Positions 49,801 to 59,772 are shown, numbered from the stretch's first letter. The stretch is DNA of 64,000 bases from Candidatus Parcubacteria bacterium (GCA_963718875.1 OY970378.1:1075691-1139690); one strand, 5' to 3'. Program-made: numbers and translations. Notes: a model not told the origin generated them from the letters alone.

Positions 49801-50023
49801 GACGGCTATTTTAAAACGTAAACTTGATCTAATCATAAGCATTCCATCAGGCACGGATACCAACAAAGACGGATTTGAAATGAGGCGCCTCGCAATAGAC
49901 AACCACATACCTCTGGTAACTAACGCGGAAATTGCCAAGTTATTATTGCGTTGCTTAGCCGAAGTTGATCTCAATAAACTTGAACCAAGATCGTGGCAGG
50001 AGTTTATGGAAGCACGAGATTAA
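46841..50023 (+). CDS. carB: carbamoyl-phosphate synthase large subunit
   Basis: 1060 aa, two ATP-grasp halves, MGS-like C-terminus. Confidence 0.95.
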   Translation: MSKPKQTKILILGSGGLRIGQAGEFDYSGSQAIKALKEEGIYTVLINPNVATVQTDGDMADRVYFQPLNTATVTKIIKRERPTAIFLSFGGQTALNLGLALNDDGTLAKYKVEVLGTPVKVIKTTEDRELFKKALSQINVKTANSLAVYSVAEALSAAKKIGYPVMMRSGYSLGGLGSGRVETAGELKTKTAEAFQAVPQILIEEYLGGWKEVEYEVVRDAGGNAITVCNMENLDPMGIHTGESIVVAPSQTLTNEEYHRLREIAIKTISHLGIIGECNIQYALNPISGDYRVIEVNARLSRSSALASKATGYPLAHVATKLMLGQLLNEIKNSVTGSTPAFFEPALDYIAVKMPRWDLDKLKSSSHRLGSEMKSVGEVMALGRSFPEALQKAIRMLGIGADGLSYNPHKFLKPIDEVQQATDRRLFAVYELFKRGHDVEELHRMSSIDRWFLHHIKSIQELEKELGASPLSRDRLLQAKKMGFSDKSLARLQGTTEPVIRARRKKLGITPVIKQIDTLAGEFDAETNYLYATYHGSSTDVKPLSKKPVIVLGSGPYCIGSSVEFDWCAVNTAKTLRQQNRPTIIINSNPETVSTDFDHSDRLYFEELTLERVQDIAEFESGASIVVSVGGQIANNLALPLNKAGFSILGTAAESIDQAEDRKKFSSMLNRLGVDQPEWEEVTTYANAKKFAKKVGYPVLIRPSYVLSGGAMNVVTDEFELKHYLEAATHLSPDHPVVLSQFITNAKELEVDGVADNGQVVIYAISEHVENAGIHSGDATVVLPPQRLYLETIRRSKSITKQIVKTLGITGPFNIQFIAKDNDIKVIECNVRASRSFPFVSKVTNHNFIAIATMTMLGKAPRAEYQTLELDYVGVKSPQFSYNRLKGADPVAGVEMASTGEVACLGSDLVEAFYASWLATEQSVRGKSLFVSIGGDHKHKLIDEIQKLHGLGWKLSATEGTRDYLKVRGVPSKCLYKLSEQVEPSVATAILKRKLDLIISIPSGTDTNKDGFEMRRLAIDNHIPLVTNAEIAKLLLRCLAEVDLNKLEPRSWQEFMEARD

Positions 50024-50029
50024 CGATAA

Positions 50030-50066
50030 GCACTTAAAGGGAGGCTCCCTCTAAGCACTTAAGCTT
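50030..50066 (+). repeat. REP-like palindromic element copy 3 (AAGGGAGGCTCCCTCT) immediately upstream of the Y1-transposase-like gene
   Basis: Same GGGAG..CTCCC palindrome. The tail differs: TAAGCACTTAA direct repeat on both sides. Confidence 0.35.
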
Positions 50067-50098
50067 GCTTAGGCGAACAAAAACCGTACAATGATTTT

Positions 50099-50725
50099 AT
50101 GCCAAGGATCAATGCCGTAAAACCCTATATCGAAAACACCTACTACCATGTATACAACCGTGGAGTAGATAAGGAATTGATATATATTGATGATCAGGAT
50201 TACCATTACTTTATTCGCCTGTTAAATTTCTACTTGACTCCAGCTAAGTTTGAAGCGGAAACCTTATTTCGAAATCGATCGTGGAGATCAATAGAAAATG
50301 ATTTATCAATGGACGTAAAGCTTATATCCTATTGTTTGATGCCAAATCATTTTCATCTTCTACTCAAGCAACTACCCAATGATGGCCTAACTAAATTAAT
50401 GAAACGAGTTAGTGCGTCTTACGCCCTTTATTTCAATCTCAAGCATCAAAGAGTTGGACATTTGTTTGAGTCGAGCTGCAAAGCCAGGGCTATTTTCAAT
50501 GATGAGGATTTTATTGGGACCAACGCATACGTTCATCGAAACGCAAAAGATATTATGTACGACTACACTAAGTACCCTTACTCAAATCTGAAAGATATTA
50601 TTACGATGACAAAAAATTCTTGGACGAGTCCAACAGAGTTGCTTGAATTCTTTAACGGCGATCCCGTTAATTATCGTGATTACGTTTTAGTTGAGAGGGA
50701 GGCTCCCTTGAAATTGTTATGCTAA
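50099..50725 (+). CDS. HUH Y1 transposase-like protein (IS200-like; possibly REP-associated tyrosine transposase, RAYT)
   Basis: YHVYNRG near the N-terminus, HuH motif LMPNHFHLLL, conserved Tyr region NAYVHRN. Flanked by REP-like palindromes. Confidence 0.55.
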   Translation: MPRINAVKPYIENTYYHVYNRGVDKELIYIDDQDYHYFIRLLNFYLTPAKFEAETLFRNRSWRSIENDLSMDVKLISYCLMPNHFHLLLKQLPNDGLTKLMKRVSASYALYFNLKHQRVGHLFESSCKARAIFNDEDFIGTNAYVHRNAKDIMYDYTKYPYSNLKDIITMTKNSWTSPTELLEFFNGDPVNYRDYVLVEREAPLKLLC

Positions 50726-50730
50726 GCGGA
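50694..50730 (+). repeat. REP-like palindromic element copy 4 (GAGGGAGGCTCCCTT + GAAATTGTTATG) overlapping the 3' end of the transposase-like ORF
   Basis: Consensus shared with copies 1 and 2. Confidence 0.45.
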
Positions 50731-51193
50731 TTTGACTAGAGTGGGTGATGGCAATAGCGAGGGCGTCGGCGGCGTCATCGGGTTTTGGTATAGTGTTCAG
50801 GCCTAGCAAGCTTTTGACCATTTCCTGGATTTGATGTTTGTCTGCCTTGCCGTACCCTGTAACGGCCTGCTTGACTTGCAATGGAGTATATTCGGCAATA
50901 GGTAAATTAGCTTGGGCCGCCACTAGAATTGCCACTCCCCTTGCCTGGCCTACTGTCATGGCAGTGGTTACATTTGTAGCAAAATACAGCAGTTCAATGG
51001 CTACGACGTTGGGTTTATGCTCTGATATTAACTCCCCGAGCTCATCGTAAATCGTTATTAAGCGGTCCTTCATGTCGACATCCGATTTTGTGGTAATAAC
51101 GCCAGCATCGATAAACTTCAGTTTCCCTCTCTCTATATCAATAACGCCAAAACCGGTGGTGGCGGTGCCGGGGTCAATGCCAAGTATTCTCAC
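50717..51193 (-). CDS. ruvC: crossover junction endodeoxyribonuclease RuvC
   Basis: MRILGIDPGTATTGFGVI. Confidence 0.9.
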   Translation of the reverse strand: MRILGIDPGTATTGFGVIDIERGKLKFIDAGVITTKSDVDMKDRLITIYDELGELISEHKPNVVAIELLYFATNVTTAMTVGQARGVAILVAAQANLPIAEYTPLQVKQAVTGYGKADKHQIQEMVKSLLGLNTIPKPDDAADALAIAITHSSQIRLA

Positions 51194-51687
51194 TAGACCT
51201 TACCGAAATTGATACTGCCACCGTTTAGTAGCTCTAGCCCGCGCTTAACTACCGCTATTTCTGGGTCATCGGCTGGTCTAGATACGAACATATCGCTAAT
51301 GTTGGCAGGCCCAACCCAGATATACTCGGAATGATCGTTAGGATCCAACTTGAGCTGGTCGATCGGCTCGACAAAAGTAGAAAAATAATCTACTTCTATA
51401 GTATGTTCACCTTTTTCTTCATAAACATACGTAAAAGCAGCGAATGGATCGCTCACAACAATGTGCATTCCAAACTCTTCCATAATCTCACGCTTGAGGC
51501 CTTCGACGATGTCTTCACCTACCTCAATATGTCCTCCAGGTAATTCATATACACCTGGCAAAAACTTCTTTGTAGCTGCCCGCTTAGCCAAAAAGACTTT
51601 TTCAACTCCATCAAAACTTTGATGGATAAAAGCACAGGCTGTTATCACTTGATGAATCTTGATAGATGTTTCGGCTTCGCTCAACAT
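51193..51687 (-). CDS. NUDIX hydrolase
   Basis: Nudix box GGHIEVGEDIVEGLKREIMEEFG. Confidence 0.7.
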   Translation of the reverse strand: MLSEAETSIKIHQVITACAFIHQSFDGVEKVFLAKRAATKKFLPGVYELPGGHIEVGEDIVEGLKREIMEEFGMHIVVSDPFAAFTYVYEEKGEHTIEVDYFSTFVEPIDQLKLDPNDHSEYIWVGPANISDMFVSRPADDPEIAVVKRGLELLNGGSINFGKV

Positions 51688-51691
51688 GACC

Positions 51692-52417
51692 CTAGGCCGG
51701 TTCTTCTGGCAAATCGGCATTGGTATAGGTTTCTGTCACATCGTCTAGTTCGTCTAGTGCTTCCATCAGTTTCATAACAGTTTCGGCGGATTTGCCGTCT
51801 ACTGCCACCATAGTTTGAGGAATGTAGCTTAAGACGGCTGATTCAATTTCATATTGTGCATCACTCAAAGCTTTGCGAACTTTATCCAGGTCAGAAGGAG
51901 CGGTATATGCTAATAGGCCTTTTTCAATTTCGTCAATGTCTTCAGCGCCTGCTTCGATGGCGTCCAAAGTCCCCTGGTCTTTGTCGCTGGCCTTGATCTC
52001 GATCACGCCCTTTTGGTCAAACTGGTACGCCACAGAACCGGCCGTGCCCATACTGCCGCCGTGCTTGGAAAATGCTGAACGCACTTCTGGTGCCGTGCGA
52101 TTGCGATTATCGGTGGCTGTTTCGACAATAACTGCCACTCCACCAGGACCATAACCTTCATAAATTACTTCTTCTAGCGCCGCTCCCCCATCCAGCCCGG
52201 CTCCACGCCTAATGGCGCGCTCGATATTATTGTTTGGGACGCCCGCTTTGCGGGCTTGATCAACGGCCAGACGTAGCTTAAAGTTCGACTCAGGTTCTGC
52301 GCCACCGCGGGCGGCAACGGAAATAAGATTAGCGAATTTGGTAAAAGCCGCTCCACGACGGGCATCTTTGATACCTTTTTGGTGCTTGATTGTGGCCCAT
52401 TTAGAATGTCCTGACAT
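51692..52417 (-). CDS. yebC: YebC/PmpR family DNA-binding transcriptional regulator
   Basis: MSGHSKWATIKH start. Confidence 0.9.
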   Translation of the reverse strand: MSGHSKWATIKHQKGIKDARRGAAFTKFANLISVAARGGAEPESNFKLRLAVDQARKAGVPNNNIERAIRRGAGLDGGAALEEVIYEGYGPGGVAVIVETATDNRNRTAPEVRSAFSKHGGSMGTAGSVAYQFDQKGVIEIKASDKDQGTLDAIEAGAEDIDEIEKGLLAYTAPSDLDKVRKALSDAQYEIESAVLSYIPQTMVAVDGKSAETVMKLMEALDELDDVTETYTNADLPEEPA

Positions 52418-52509
52418 CTGTGTTTACCTTCCTGACCTGAGCTTAGTCGAATGGTTGACTTTTAACCCTTAACTTTTGACTTACGCTCGGCGATAGCGTC
52501 AGTTAAACG

Positions 52510-53943
52510 TCAGCGTGTTACTTGTTCATTAAGCGTTTCTTTAAGTATTATATCACCGGCCGCTGAAGCTGTGGGTTTTCTTCGACTAAATGCCACTGCT
52601 GCAATTACTATGGCCGCGTACAACAATAGAATGGTAGCAAATGAGACTTTTAGGCTGATGCTAGCCCAGTTAAGACTGGCTAGTAGTTCTACTACTCCTA
52701 GCATTACCTTGAGCACAATATAGGCTGGCAAGCTGGCCCAACCGAAGGCAGGAGTAAGTAAATTTATGACTCCAGCTACGAAGCTTGCGAGCATAGCAAG
52801 TGGTACAAGTGGCAAAACAAGGACGTTAGCCAGCACTCCAACCACTGAGAATTGATGAAAAACGCTCAAAATAATGGGGAAGGTTAGGAGTTGAGCGCAA
52901 AACGCTTCAACTATAATTTTTTTGACCCAAGTGGGGCGTTTTAGGCGTTTTTCTATCATGGGTGCAACTACCAAAATACCGATAAAAGCTAAAAATGATA
53001 GTTGCCACCCTACGTCGCTCCATAAGTATTCTGGTTTCCATAGGGTGGTCAGCACAGCTGGTACTGCCACCAGCACCCATGGTTTAATTTTACGACCGTA
53101 ATAATAGGTTATGAGTGCAAACACAGAGACTACGGCCGCACGAACAATCGAAGCGCTGGTTCCCGCTACGACTACGAACCCGCCAATTAACCACAAGTTG
53201 ATAGTTAAGGCCACAAAACGGGAGGTACGCGTTAACAAGCGCCTGACAGTTTGGACTATGATGGTGAGGTTATACCCCGATACCGCCACAAGGTGAGAAA
53301 GCCCGACGATGGCTAACTGGTTCTGTAAGTTTTTTGGTATTAGTGACCGGGCGCCCATCAAAAGTCCTAAAGCAAAGCTATTGAGGGGGTCGGGAACAGT
53401 GCTGTTGATGCTGGCTATAAAACGCTGGCGCAATTTTTCCAGTCCGGTTTGAGTGCGCGAAATAATAACTACTGAACCGTAGACACCGGCTTGACGACTA
53501 CCGAGGACCGAATAAAGTTTTCCGGTAACTTGGACCTTGTATCCCCGTTGATATTTGGCGCTATAGGTTTTAACAGTCAAAGCGCCTGGTACTGACTGGT
53601 TTTGCAGCGTAAGCGACCCTAGCAAGAAAGTAGTGGTGCCTTTTTCATTAGTAGCAGGATCGTCTTTTACAGTCCCGTTAAAACTTACACTGCGCCCTAT
53701 TAGGTTATTTATGACCTGATAGCGCGATAACGATTGATGCCCATAAAATATTCCGAGCGCTAAACCTATAGTTAGCATGGCTATTATTAATAACCGAGAC
53801 CTCCAGGCGACCATGCAAACTACAATTGCCACCACAGCAAGCGAAATGTTGGCGTACCAGCCGAGGTGACCAAGCCATAAACCAGCCAGCCAGGCGGTGG
53901 AAAAACCGACGATGCTCCATGAATACTGGTTTCTTAAACGCAA
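52510..53943 (-). CDS. comEC: ComEC/Rec2 family DNA uptake channel protein (DUF4131 plus Competence domain, no beta-lactamase domain)
   Basis: Multi-TM protein with IVGLSHLVAVSG competence-domain pattern. Confidence 0.75.
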   Translation of the reverse strand: MRLRNQYSWSIVGFSTAWLAGLWLGHLGWYANISLAVVAIVVCMVAWRSRLLIIAMLTIGLALGIFYGHQSLSRYQVINNLIGRSVSFNGTVKDDPATNEKGTTTFLLGSLTLQNQSVPGALTVKTYSAKYQRGYKVQVTGKLYSVLGSRQAGVYGSVVIISRTQTGLEKLRQRFIASINSTVPDPLNSFALGLLMGARSLIPKNLQNQLAIVGLSHLVAVSGYNLTIIVQTVRRLLTRTSRFVALTINLWLIGGFVVVAGTSASIVRAAVVSVFALITYYYGRKIKPWVLVAVPAVLTTLWKPEYLWSDVGWQLSFLAFIGILVVAPMIEKRLKRPTWVKKIIVEAFCAQLLTFPIILSVFHQFSVVGVLANVLVLPLVPLAMLASFVAGVINLLTPAFGWASLPAYIVLKVMLGVVELLASLNWASISLKVSFATILLLYAAIVIAAVAFSRRKPTASAAGDIILKETLNEQVTR

Positions 53944-54112
53944 AATGAGGGCTCCAAGCCCTCATTAAATATTGGTCTTATTGTGTCATGGAACTAGTTA
54001 GAATTTCAAGCTAAATTTAGTTTAGTCAGCTTTGTACATTATATGACAACGTCCTCTAGCCGAACCCTAAGGATCCAGCTAGAGGACGTTTGAGCAGAAC
54101 GAGGCGATGTGG

Positions 54113-54454
54113 CTAGAACACCAAGCGACCGTTCCGGCGAACTTCGATGACTTCACCCGTGCTGGTGTTGTTGACGCCGAACTTGCGACCGAACCTGACG
54201 ATTCGATCGACCGATGTCCGATCCGGACTGATCAGAAGCTGTCCGAAGGTCCGGCTATTGGTCTGGATGAAGACCCCATGCACCCGGGTCGACGTAACGG
54301 TAGAGCCGGTAGCCCTTGTGAAGTACCAGTTCGACGCGTCAGTTCGGACCCAAAGCACCTCGCCAGGGTCCAGCTCGGCCAGATCGAACTCGAACGTTCG
54401 ATTGGTGCTCGGGTGGGGCTTGACGGTGCCACCGTCTCTCATTGCTGATCTCAT
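54113..54454 (-). CDS. hypothetical protein, high-GC island; start chosen at ATG 54454 with GGAGG RBS
   Basis: ~56% GC. Palindrome CCTATCCA-ctc-TTGGATAGG just upstream. Confidence 0.4.
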   Translation of the reverse strand: MRSAMRDGGTVKPHPSTNRTFEFDLAELDPGEVLWVRTDASNWYFTRATGSTVTSTRVHGVFIQTNSRTFGQLLISPDRTSVDRIVRFGRKFGVNNTSTGEVIEVRRNGRLVF

Positions 54455-54518
54455 TGGGCCTCCCCAATGTAGCCTATCCACTCTTGGATAGGAGTTGTCG
54501 GCCAATCCCTCCATTCCG

Positions 54519-55530
54519 TTTTGAATCAGGACAGTCAACCCGTAGAGTGTCATCATGGTAAAAGCTACTAAACTAACATCGGCAGAGCGTTCGGAAATAG
54601 AAATTCTTTTAAATAAAGGTCACACTCTTAGGGCCATTGGTCGGGCTTTGGGCCGGAGCCTCAATACCATCAGTGATGAGGTGAAGCGTAATAAGACCCC
54701 GGAAGGCTACAATGCCCGCATCGCCAAACAAAAAGCCTACGTCAAACGCAAGTATGCCAAGTACCAGGGCAAGAAGATCCAGGAGAATGATGATTTGCGC
54801 TGGTACATCATTGTGCGCCTCATGGATGGCTGGAATCCCGATGAGATAGCGGGACGACTAAAAAAAGATCAGCACGGTTACTATGCCTCTAAGACAGCCA
54901 TCTACGAATGGCTCGACAGCGCCAGAGGGCAGAAGTACTGTGACTACCTGCCCTCCCGTAGGTACAGACCAAAGAAGCGCAAACCAAAGACCGATCGGGT
55001 GATGATTCCAGATCGGGTGAGTATTACAGAGCGCCCCCATGAAGCTACCGTCCGGAGCGAAGTGGGCCACTATGAGGGGGATACCATCGTTAGCGGCAAG
55101 CGGACTGGATCAAAAGCAGCAATCGTAGTGATTCAGGAACGAGTCACCAGACTGATTGCTGCTAGACCCATCCCAGACTTGTGTCCGGTGAGCTTTAATG
55201 GAGCCATCAGCTCTTCCAAACTGGTCTTGCTCTCATCAGCAGTCTGACTCTCGACAACGGTATCGAGAACCGTTGGCACAGATTGCTCGATATGCTCGTT
55301 TTTTTCTGTGACCCCTATTCTAGCTGGCAAAAAGGAGGGGTGGAAAACGCCAACCGAATGATTCGGCACTACTTGCCCAAAGGCATGGATCTAGCCACCG
55401 TGACGAACAAAGAATTGCAGCGTATCATTACGATCATAAACAACAAACCCAGGAAGATCCTGGGATATATGTCCGCTATTGAAATGGCTAAAGAGAAAGG
55501 AGTTTTACGAGAGACTGTCCTGATTGAGGG
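54519..55530 (+). mobile_element. IS30-family insertion sequence with 13-bp terminal inverted repeats (AATCAGGACAGTC)
   Basis: IR at 54524..54536 and its exact reverse complement at 55513..55525. Internal IS30-type transposase. Confidence 0.7.
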
Positions 55531-55534
55531 GTGA
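54555..55534 (+). pseudogene. IS30 transposase, split into two frames (230 aa plus 83 aa) by a frameshift near 55247-55283
   Basis: N-terminal HTH, DDE region with HYEGDTIV, C-terminal SWQKGGVENANRMIRHYLPKG in a different frame. Confidence 0.6.
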
Positions 55535-55605
55535 ATTCAGGATCCGACAAGTTAAATTACTATACTACATTAGAAGCATAAATAATAGTTTTAATTTGCC
55601 AAAGA

Positions 55606-57288
55606 CTAATGAGCAAGCCTTAGCTTATATCGAACGACTGAACGGGCACGCCGAACTGCTGCCAAGGCTTTATGGTTATATGAATATTTGAACTTCCACG
55701 CTGCCGTCGAATCCAGGCGATAAGGATAATGTGGGTAGAGTCGATTTTGAGCCTGAAGTGTTTTAACAACCTCAAGTTTTGGGTTAGATAGAAACAGCTT
55801 GTGGTCCAGGCGAGCTTGCCATCCGTTTTCGCTATCATGACGCGTGGGTCGGCGGTGAGATTTGGCAATAACAGCCAGCGCGGATAGAGTCCAGGCTTGG
55901 GTTTGTTCAGGAATGTTTGTCCCCCTTATAAGGGTAAAATTATCAATGTGAAGGTGGGTTTGGGGAGGGCCAAAATAAACCCGGTTGTCTGGACCGCAGT
56001 AAAAAAATTCGGGATACCCTTGGGTAATGATCGAGCCGTTTACCAGGCAGGTCTCGAGCTGGTTAGCTAAGCGGGCGAATCCTTGCCGCCGCAAACCTCT
56101 GGAAATGTTAAAAGTTTCCTTAGGCCAGACTGTCCAAGCGCCATGATAGTCGTGATGCCCTACCACATTTGCAAAGCGCAGGGAGCGACTACGTATCCCT
56201 ACAGGTGTGAGAAACTGGTGACTATATATGCCCCTTACCAAAACTTCGACATATTTCTGAGATAGTGATTTGGCAAGATTATCGAATATTGATGTGCCAA
56301 GTAACAATGCCGGGTTGGATGAAGAGATGGTAATTTGTCTGGTAACTCCGGTTACCGGATGACGGTCGAGTGCTTGGGCAAAATAGTGTTTCGACGGCAT
56401 CCAAAATAATTTAAAAGTCTGAGCTTGAACCGTATCTGCCAAAACTTTCCACTGGTGTGCCGGTCCGGGGTGTTGCCTATGCAATAGTTGATGTCCCCGC
56501 GTAAAAGCATCATAGGTGTAACCCTGCACCTCAATCGGTGCTATCGGAGCCGCGTGATTGGCTATTTCGCCGTTTGCATGAACATATGCTTCTAAAGAAT
56601 CTTTCCAGACTTGGTTTTCAATTCCTCTTGAATTGGTTCGGTGGTACTCCAACAGGCTTATTTCAGAGTTGTTAATCCTGGTGCTAAGCCATTGCAAACT
56701 CGCTAAAATTGATTGTTCAATGGTGACGACATGACCGTCTTTATTAACGACTGTTTCAGCTAATATTGCGGCGCCATGAACACGACAATAATCTGCCACT
56801 AGGCAAACATATTGCGGCGTGGCGTCAATACAGCCGTAATAAAGTAAAAAATCTTCTTCTGGGTAGCCCCACTTTTTTTGTAAATCCCGTAGTATTGCCT
56901 CCGAGCTAGGTGCAATCCTACTCCCGTCGATAAATAAGGAACGATATTCGTGATGGATCCGGCCGGGCTCTTCCTCTGTATGCTTGTTATATTTGGTGCC
57001 CTGAAGCTTGGCCAGGGTTAAGATTACTTCTTTGGCGACGTCGGGAAAAATTGATAAAACGTCACTGGCAACTTCTATTGAGTCACGCCCAATCACGGCA
57101 TCTTTGAACAAATTGTTATTGCTGGCATACACCCCCATGCCGGTTTTAGATCGAATCCGGTCAAAATCGGCTATGGGATTGGGAATGTTTATAGATGTTT
57201 GTTGGGCAACACGGGTGGCCATACCATCTATTATACCCTTTTTGCTTATGCTTTGATTAGGAAAGATCTCTAATAATGATAACGACAA
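55606..57288 (-). CDS. glycogen debranching enzyme-like protein (amylo-alpha-1,6-glucosidase / GDE_C family)
   Basis: Size and several segments resemble the (alpha/alpha)6-barrel GDE family. Assignment by pattern only. Confidence 0.6.
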   Translation of the reverse strand: MSLSLLEIFPNQSISKKGIIDGMATRVAQQTSINIPNPIADFDRIRSKTGMGVYASNNNLFKDAVIGRDSIEVASDVLSIFPDVAKEVILTLAKLQGTKYNKHTEEEPGRIHHEYRSLFIDGSRIAPSSEAILRDLQKKWGYPEEDFLLYYGCIDATPQYVCLVADYCRVHGAAILAETVVNKDGHVVTIEQSILASLQWLSTRINNSEISLLEYHRTNSRGIENQVWKDSLEAYVHANGEIANHAAPIAPIEVQGYTYDAFTRGHQLLHRQHPGPAHQWKVLADTVQAQTFKLFWMPSKHYFAQALDRHPVTGVTRQITISSSNPALLLGTSIFDNLAKSLSQKYVEVLVRGIYSHQFLTPVGIRSRSLRFANVVGHHDYHGAWTVWPKETFNISRGLRRQGFARLANQLETCLVNGSIITQGYPEFFYCGPDNRVYFGPPQTHLHIDNFTLIRGTNIPEQTQAWTLSALAVIAKSHRRPTRHDSENGWQARLDHKLFLSNPKLEVVKTLQAQNRLYPHYPYRLDSTAAWKFKYSYNHKALAAVRRARSVVRYKLRLAH

Positions 57289-57475
57289 GAGGAGATTCTA
57301 ATTTCATCATCGGCGACTATATAGACTAAGCGGTGCTCATCGTTAATCCTACGCGACCAAGCACCCGATAAATCCCCTTTGAGTGGCTCTGGTTCCCCGT
57401 GCTGGCACGTTTGATTGAATGCCGCGTCCCTGTGTGTCTGTATCAGGAATCAAACAAAACTGTTATATTATCAAT

Positions 57476-57994
57476 ATGTTCAATATTGGTGCAGGCTTTA
57501 TGGCATTTGGGTTAATGTTGTGGCTGTACAAGAAGTTACCTGCGATTGGTGGCGGAACGCGTTTGACAACAACTGGAACTATTGTAGGATACAAGCAGTT
57601 CCCGTCTGACAAGACAATAACCAATAACAATATTTTTCGAGGTCAAAATTTTACATGGCTACGTGTCGTAACATTCAAGAATCCTCAAACTAGTGAAACT
57701 TTAGAGATGCACAGTAACCCGGGAGTCGCCAATCCTGAGCCAATTGGCACAGAAATTAAAATAGGTTTTAATCCAAAAAAAACTGATTCAGCGAAAGATT
57801 TTGTATGGGTACAAAACGGAATGCGTGCCGTTGGAACAATCGCACATGTAAGTTTTGTTACAGGCCTGGTGGTTTTCGTTATTTTACTGTTTGTGTCAAA
57901 ATCTTCACCATTGCAATTTATCCTTATAATACCGGCATTCATGATTGTGTTTGTTGCCAGCTATATAAACGTCTGGAAACGGCCTAATCAATAA
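57476..57994 (+). CDS. hypothetical membrane protein
   Basis: Two predicted TM helices flanking a soluble domain. Confidence 0.35.
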   Translation: MFNIGAGFMAFGLMLWLYKKLPAIGGGTRLTTTGTIVGYKQFPSDKTITNNNIFRGQNFTWLRVVTFKNPQTSETLEMHSNPGVANPEPIGTEIKIGFNPKKTDSAKDFVWVQNGMRAVGTIAHVSFVTGLVVFVILLFVSKSSPLQFILIIPAFMIVFVASYINVWKRPNQ

Positions 57995-58121
57995 GATTAT
58001 TGATTAGCATCATCGTTTTTAACCACTTTAATGAAGCTGCACCGCCACAACACCGTGAGCAAGTTACTGGAATTGCCCGGATCGTAGTCCGGGGTAAGCT
58101 ACTCGCCCCACCGTTTTCTTC

Positions 58122-58160
58122 CCAAGAAAAAACCCGACACGAGGTCAGGTTTTTTCTTGG
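58122..58160. terminator. A/T-flanked 13-bp hairpin abutting the tRNA-Lys 3' end
   Basis: ccaagaaaaaacc...ggttttttcttgg. Confidence 0.4.
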
Positions 58161-58233
58161 AGGGCCCAGTGGGGCTCGAACCCACGACACAAGGCTTAAA
58201 AGGCCTCTGCTCTACCGACTGAGCTATGGGCCC
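58158..58233 (-). tRNA. tRNA-Lys (TTT)
   Basis: Acceptor GGGCCCA/TGGGCCC, anticodon loop cTTTTaa, T-arm GTGGGTTCGAGCCCCAC, CCA encoded. Confidence 0.9.
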
Positions 58234-58313
58234 TCGTCGCAACGACATTTCGGTTTACGTATCATATCCGAATACTTCAACCTCATGTCGTTGTTCCTAA
58301 AGACGGGGTGATC

Positions 58314-58372
58314 CCCTATCCGGAGCGCCAAACTAGGCAGTAGTTTGAGTTTGGCTTCCGATAGGGAATGAC
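58314..58372 (-). other. conserved two-tier hairpin element, copy Y (reverse orientation), ~75 nt upstream of tRNA-Lys
   Basis: The reverse complement aligns with 40776..40838. Outer stem TCCCTATCGGA/TCCG(G)ATAGGG. Confidence 0.4.
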
Positions 58373-58515
58373 GGTGATATGCTTTTTCACGAGGGGCAAG
58401 CGTTTTTAACAACCGAGCTACTATATCTTAAATCAGCCTCAAAATCAATTTGGCAGTTTGCACAAAGCTTTTACACAAGCAGTATGGCATCCTTAATTAA
58501 CTAATCGAGGGAAAT

Positions 58516-59763
58516 ATGCGCAAACTAAAAGTTGCTATGATCGCGCCGCCGTGGTTAAAAATCCCACCCAAAGGTTATGGCGGAATTGAAACTGTGTTGG
58601 ATTATTTAGTCCCTGGTTTGCAAAAATTGGGTTGCGACGTTACCTTGTTTTCCATTGGTGCTACCGACATGCCTGGAGTCGACACGCGCTACTTTTACGA
58701 AGAAGAGCAGTATTCTCATATCCACAAAGAAATTTACGACGTGGCGGCAATTCCGATTACACAAGCTTTGTTTGCCTTAAATCAAATTCGCGAAAGCGGT
58801 GATTACGACATTATTCATAACCACAATGGTTATATTGGAGATGCAATCATGGCGTTTCTTGATCCGGCACATTTTCCACCAGTAGTTAATACTCTTCATG
58901 GTCCTTTCGTTAACCATGAAAATGAAATATTCGATTATCGTTCGATGTACGCAGAGATGGCTTTAGCTAAGCGCAGTTTTTACGTAAGTATTTCTGAGGC
59001 GATGGTAGCGACTGCGCCTGATGCTATCCGCCCACAGCTGCTAGGGACAGTCCATAATGCAGTAAAGCTGGAGGAGTGGCCATTTCAGCCAAGGAAAAGT
59101 GATTATTTTGTAACGCTGGCGCGTTTTACTAAAGACAAAGGTCAAGACATTGCCATTAAACTGTGTCAAAAGCTGGGTATTAAACTGAGAATGTCTGGAG
59201 TAGTAGCAGGAATTACCAACTCACGGAAACTTTTACTTGAACTAGCAAACCCTTTGAGCTCTTACAGAAATATGGCTGACTTTAAGTATTATAGCGACAA
59301 AATTTTTCCTCATATCGATTCAAGCATGATTGACTACGTCGGTAATGCCAGTGGCAAAGATAAAGTAAAGCTCTTGACCAAAGCGCGTGCATTACTCTTT
59401 CCAATCCGTTGGAACGAGCCATTTGGCGTAGCCGTGATCGAGGCTCTTGCATGTGGGACTCCAGTTATTGCCATGAATAAAGGCGCCATGCCTGAAATTA
59501 TCCAACATGGAGTAAACGGCTTTTTGGCCAATAGCGAAGATGAATTTGAAGAATATATGCAGCGAGTAGATGAAATTGACCCTGCCAAATGCCGTCAAAG
59601 CGTGAGAGATAATTTTTCGGCACCGGTAGCCGCTCGAAAGTATTTAGAAAAATATTACGAAGCGATGTTTCGAGTCGAACCTAACGAAACAATTTACAAA
59701 GCTTCGCGAGCTGGGTTACTACAAGCCGGAGCATTTGCTGAAATGCTAAACCAATATATTTAA
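58516..59763 (+). CDS. GT4-family glycosyltransferase
   Basis: N-terminal KVAMIAPPW...GYGGIE and C-terminal EPFG...E GT-B motifs. Confidence 0.7.
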   Translation: MRKLKVAMIAPPWLKIPPKGYGGIETVLDYLVPGLQKLGCDVTLFSIGATDMPGVDTRYFYEEEQYSHIHKEIYDVAAIPITQALFALNQIRESGDYDIIHNHNGYIGDAIMAFLDPAHFPPVVNTLHGPFVNHENEIFDYRSMYAEMALAKRSFYVSISEAMVATAPDAIRPQLLGTVHNAVKLEEWPFQPRKSDYFVTLARFTKDKGQDIAIKLCQKLGIKLRMSGVVAGITNSRKLLLELANPLSSYRNMADFKYYSDKIFPHIDSSMIDYVGNASGKDKVKLLTKARALLFPIRWNEPFGVAVIEALACGTPVIAMNKGAMPEIIQHGVNGFLANSEDEFEEYMQRVDEIDPAKCRQSVRDNFSAPVAARKYLEKYYEAMFRVEPNETIYKASRAGLLQAGAFAEMLNQYI

Positions 59764-59772
59764 GTTGTCGCT

